Positions 45,692-48,202 of a stretch of DNA of 48,202 nucleotides are shown one piece after another. Position numbers and translations under genes: made by a program. This stretch comes from Actinomycetota bacterium. Lineage in GTDB: Bacteria; Actinomycetota; CADDZG01; JAHWKV01; JAOPZY01. Below the pieces are notes generated by a model. The model was not told the origin of the DNA. It did not search any database and worked only from the letters and a program-made list of their open reading frames with translations. The stretch covers positions 1-48,202 of the forward strand of contig JAOPZY010000102.1 in NCBI GenBank assembly GCA_025963875.1, written 5' to 3'. The number at the start of each line of letters is the position of its first letter. Position 1 is the stretch's first letter.

Positions 45692-46000
45692 GTGAAGCGT
45701 GCCGAGTTGCTCGACGACATCGTTGCCGCCCGTCCCGAGGCCGGGGCGCTCATCTATATCGAGCGCCGCGGCGAGGACTACCGCTGGACCCGCACCAATC
45801 CCGGCGACACCGTCGACATGCCGGAGACCGGCGGGTTTCCCGATGCCTGGATGTACTACTCCGGGCGGTGGCCCATCGATGAGCCCGAGAAGCTGCCGGC
45901 CTTCTTCGAGGACCTGCTCGCCGAACTCGAGTCGATGACCGGGGCGGCCCCCGACCGCTGCCGCTGGTCGCCCGACGACCCCTGGCCCCACAGCCACTGA
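45692..46000 (+). CDS. Hypothetical protein
   Basis: About 102 aa, coding-like codon usage, co-oriented between neighbours; start 45683 or 45692. Confidence 0.7.
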   Translation: MKRAELLDDIVAARPEAGALIYIERRGEDYRWTRTNPGDTVDMPETGGFPDAWMYYSGRWPIDEPEKLPAFFEDLLAELESMTGAAPDRCRWSPDDPWPHSH

Positions 46001-46032
46001 CTCGTGTCCGATCGCTGAGGGGCCGCTGAGGG

Positions 46033-47154
46033 ATGCCAGAGATCATCCGGGCTCACGAGCGCACAACCTTCAAGCGGTGCCGGCGTGCCTGGGACTTCGG
46101 GGCACGGTCCCGCCGTAACTACGAGCCCCTCATGCCGGCCAAGGCCTTCGACCTCGAGCGGGCGGTCCACGACGCTCTGGCCCTCTGGTACTTCCCCGGC
46201 ATGTGGGAGTGGGACCGGACCCTGGTGCGGGGCTTCGCCATGGAGGGCTTTCACAAGTCGATGCGCAAGCAGTTTGACGCCTACGCCGCGGTCGCCGATG
46301 TCTCCGAGGCCCAGGACGAGGAGTGGCAGGCCCAGGTCGAGGCCGGAGTACGCCTGCTGGAGCGCTATTTCGCCTGGGCACCCGGCGTCGATGCCTTCTC
46401 GCCGGTGCGCGTGGACACCGACTTCGACGCCAATGTCCCCGACCCCACCACCATGGGCCTCGATCTCGTGGCCCCCGGCGGCGGGCCGATCCATTACCAG
46501 GGCCGGGTCGACGCCCTGGTGGTCGATGCGTACGACGCGTACTGGGTCATGGACCACCGCCTCGTCGTTGGCGGGGAATGGGCGAACCTGAACCAGCTCC
46601 TCCTCGACGAGCAGGCCATCGCCGCGTGCTGGGCGTGGGAGATCTTCTACTACGGCATGAAGATCGCCGGGACGATCCACAACGAACTCCACCTCGACGC
46701 CCCCGAAACGCCGGACCAGGCCCCGAAGATGGGCGTTCCCGCCCCGGAGCCGGAGGCGGACGCACCGCCCTACGACGTCGTCGGGCGGCGGCGCCTCTAC
46801 ATGGAGGCAGTCCGGATCCCGGACGAGCGGGTGAAGGTCACCGGGAACGAGGCCTTCCGCCGCACGCGCATCACTCGCACCCGAGCCGAGCTGGCGGCCT
46901 GCGGGCGCCAGGTCGCCGATGAGGCCCTCGAGATGACCTCCCAGGGCCTGATCGTGTACCCGAGCCCGAGCGTCGCCAACTGCGCTCCGTGTCCCTACCG
47001 GGACCCCTGCATCGCGCTCAACATGGGGACCGACGAGCAGGCGATCCTCGAAGCGGAGTACCGCAACCGCGGCCCGGAGGAGATCGTGGAGGGGCGCCTG
47101 GGCGGGGTGACGTGGTCCATGAACCGGGGCGCCCGCCCGCCCAAGTTCGGATAG
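46033..47154 (+). CDS. PD-(D/E)XK superfamily protein with AddB/Cas4-like 4-Cys Fe-S staple
   Basis: N-terminal FKRCRR; GRVD...WVMDHR; Q...W helix; C-terminal C-x2-C-x5-C (CAPCPYRDPC). Confidence 0.8.
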   Translation: MPEIIRAHERTTFKRCRRAWDFGARSRRNYEPLMPAKAFDLERAVHDALALWYFPGMWEWDRTLVRGFAMEGFHKSMRKQFDAYAAVADVSEAQDEEWQAQVEAGVRLLERYFAWAPGVDAFSPVRVDTDFDANVPDPTTMGLDLVAPGGGPIHYQGRVDALVVDAYDAYWVMDHRLVVGGEWANLNQLLLDEQAIAACWAWEIFYYGMKIAGTIHNELHLDAPETPDQAPKMGVPAPEPEADAPPYDVVGRRRLYMEAVRIPDERVKVTGNEAFRRTRITRTRAELAACGRQVADEALEMTSQGLIVYPSPSVANCAPCPYRDPCIALNMGTDEQAILEAEYRNRGPEEIVEGRLGGVTWSMNRGARPPKFG

Positions 47155-47165
47155 CCTGAACTCCC

Positions 47166-47498
47166 ATGCATGAGATGGCCATCACCGAGAGCGTCATCAC
47201 CGCGGTCAGCGAGAAGGTCGGCGAACGGAGGGTGCAGCGGGTCTCGCTGGCGGTTGGCCGGCTGTCGGGCGTGGTGGCCGAGTCGCTCTACTTCTACTTC
47301 GACCTCGCCACCGAGGGCACGCCGCTGGAGGGATCGAAGCTGGAGATCATCGATATCCCGGGGCGAGCCCGCTGCCGCTCCTGCGGCGCCGAGGTGGAGC
47401 TCGAGGACATGATCGCTTTGTGCACGTGCGGGAGCGCCGACCTCGAAATCCTGAGCGGCGAGGAGTTGACCATCAAGGAAGTGGAGTTGGAGGCCTGA
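47166..47498 (+). CDS. hypA: Hydrogenase maturation nickel metallochaperone HypA
   Basis: MHE start, CRSC and CTCG Zn ligands, SGEEL. Confidence 0.97.
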   Translation: MHEMAITESVITAVSEKVGERRVQRVSLAVGRLSGVVAESLYFYFDLATEGTPLEGSKLEIIDIPGRARCRSCGAEVELEDMIALCTCGSADLEILSGEELTIKEVELEA

Positions 47499-47499
47499 G

Positions 47500-48202
47500 A
47501 TGTGTACGACGTGCGGATGCGGAAGCGATGAGGTGGTGGTCACGGACCCCGACCACCGGCACGATCACGAGCACGACCACCATCACCACGTCCATGACGA
47601 CCGCAGCGCCCGCACGATCGTGCTCGAGCAGGCGGTTCTCTCCAAGAACGACGCGCTGGCCGAGGCCAACCGGTCCTGGTTCGCCGAGCAGCGGATCCTT
47701 GCCGTGAACCTGATGAGCTCCCCGGGCGCCGGCAAGACCACGCTGCTCGAGCGGACGATCATCGATCTCTCCGCCGAGTTGCCGATGGCCGTGGTGGAGG
47801 GCGATCAGGAGACCCTGCTCGACGCCGACCGGATCCGGGCGACGGGCTGCCGGGTCGTCCAGATCAACACCGGGGCCGGGTGCCACCTCGACGCCGACAT
47901 GGTCGCCCGGGGCCTGAGGGTGCTCGAGCCCAGGCCGAGCTCGATCCTGCTGATCGAGAATGTCGGCAACCTCGTGTGCCCGGCGATGTTCGACCTGGGG
48001 GAGCGGGCCAAGGTCGTGATCATGTCGGTCACGGAGGGCCAGGACAAGCCGCTCAAGTACCCGCAGATGTTCCGTGCCGCCGAGCTCATGGTGCTGAACA
48101 AGGTGGACCTGCTGCCCTACGTCCAGTTCGACCCGGAGCAGTGCATCACCTACGCCCGCCAGGTCAACCCCAAGCTGGACGTCGTCTCGGTGTCGGCCAC
48201 CC
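47500..48202 (+). CDS. hypB: Hydrogenase nickel incorporation GTPase HypB (partial, runs off the window)
   Basis: MCTTCGC, His-rich linker, SSPGAGKTTLLE, EGDQ, GCHLDA, ENVGNLVCP, EGQDKPLKYP, NKVD. Confidence 0.97.
   Translation, partial: MCTTCGCGSDEVVVTDPDHRHDHEHDHHHHVHDDRSARTIVLEQAVLSKNDALAEANRSWFAEQRILAVNLMSSPGAGKTTLLERTIIDLSAELPMAVVEGDQETLLDADRIRATGCRVVQINTGAGCHLDADMVARGLRVLEPRPSSILLIENVGNLVCPAMFDLGERAKVVIMSVTEGQDKPLKYPQMFRAAELMVLNKVDLLPYVQFDPEQCITYARQVNPKLDVVSVSAT

Noticed and set aside
46033..47154. cas4 / CRISPR-Cas system
   Set aside because: No repeat-spacer array and no other cas genes in the window

Overview
High-GC bacterial DNA, most consistent with an Actinomycetota chromosome. 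The basis is F420-dependent enzymes, a PimB-like mannosyltransferase, DUF2630, DUF5709, four ECF sigma factors and many apparently leaderless genes. I found no rRNA, tRNA, CRISPR array or intact transposase. All product calls come from motif recognition by eye, not database searches. Layout from left to right: a large secreted phosphoesterase (PKD/FN3 modules) with a PHO-box-like 11-bp repeat upstream; a patch of decayed genes (about 5.0-6.8 kb); two ECF-sigma detoxification modules (ECF41/SigJ-like and SigG-like) whose cognate promoters are visible; and redox genes. An accessory, possibly defence-related block at about 18-29 kb holds an HTH-MNT/HEPN pair, an RHH-coiled-coil protein, a 1298-aa P-loop NTPase with about 20 43-aa TPR repeats, an ECF/anti-sigma pair, a secreted protein plus lipoprotein, and an RHH/Doc TA pair. 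Further right are a TiaS-N-like gene with a structured leader, arfB, membrane glycolipid genes, ligB, marR/osmC flanking a structured non-coding region, a subtilase, an LPXTG protein, a ferritin-like/VIT1 transporter, and an Fe-S-staple PD-(D/E)XK protein directly upstream of hypA-hypB. The best novelty candidates are the effector-less NTPase-TPR locus, the Cas4/AddB-like protein coupled to hydrogenase maturation genes, two candidate structured RNAs (about 33.35 kb and 39.0-39.3 kb), the TiaS-like leader, and a three-copy palindromic repeat.
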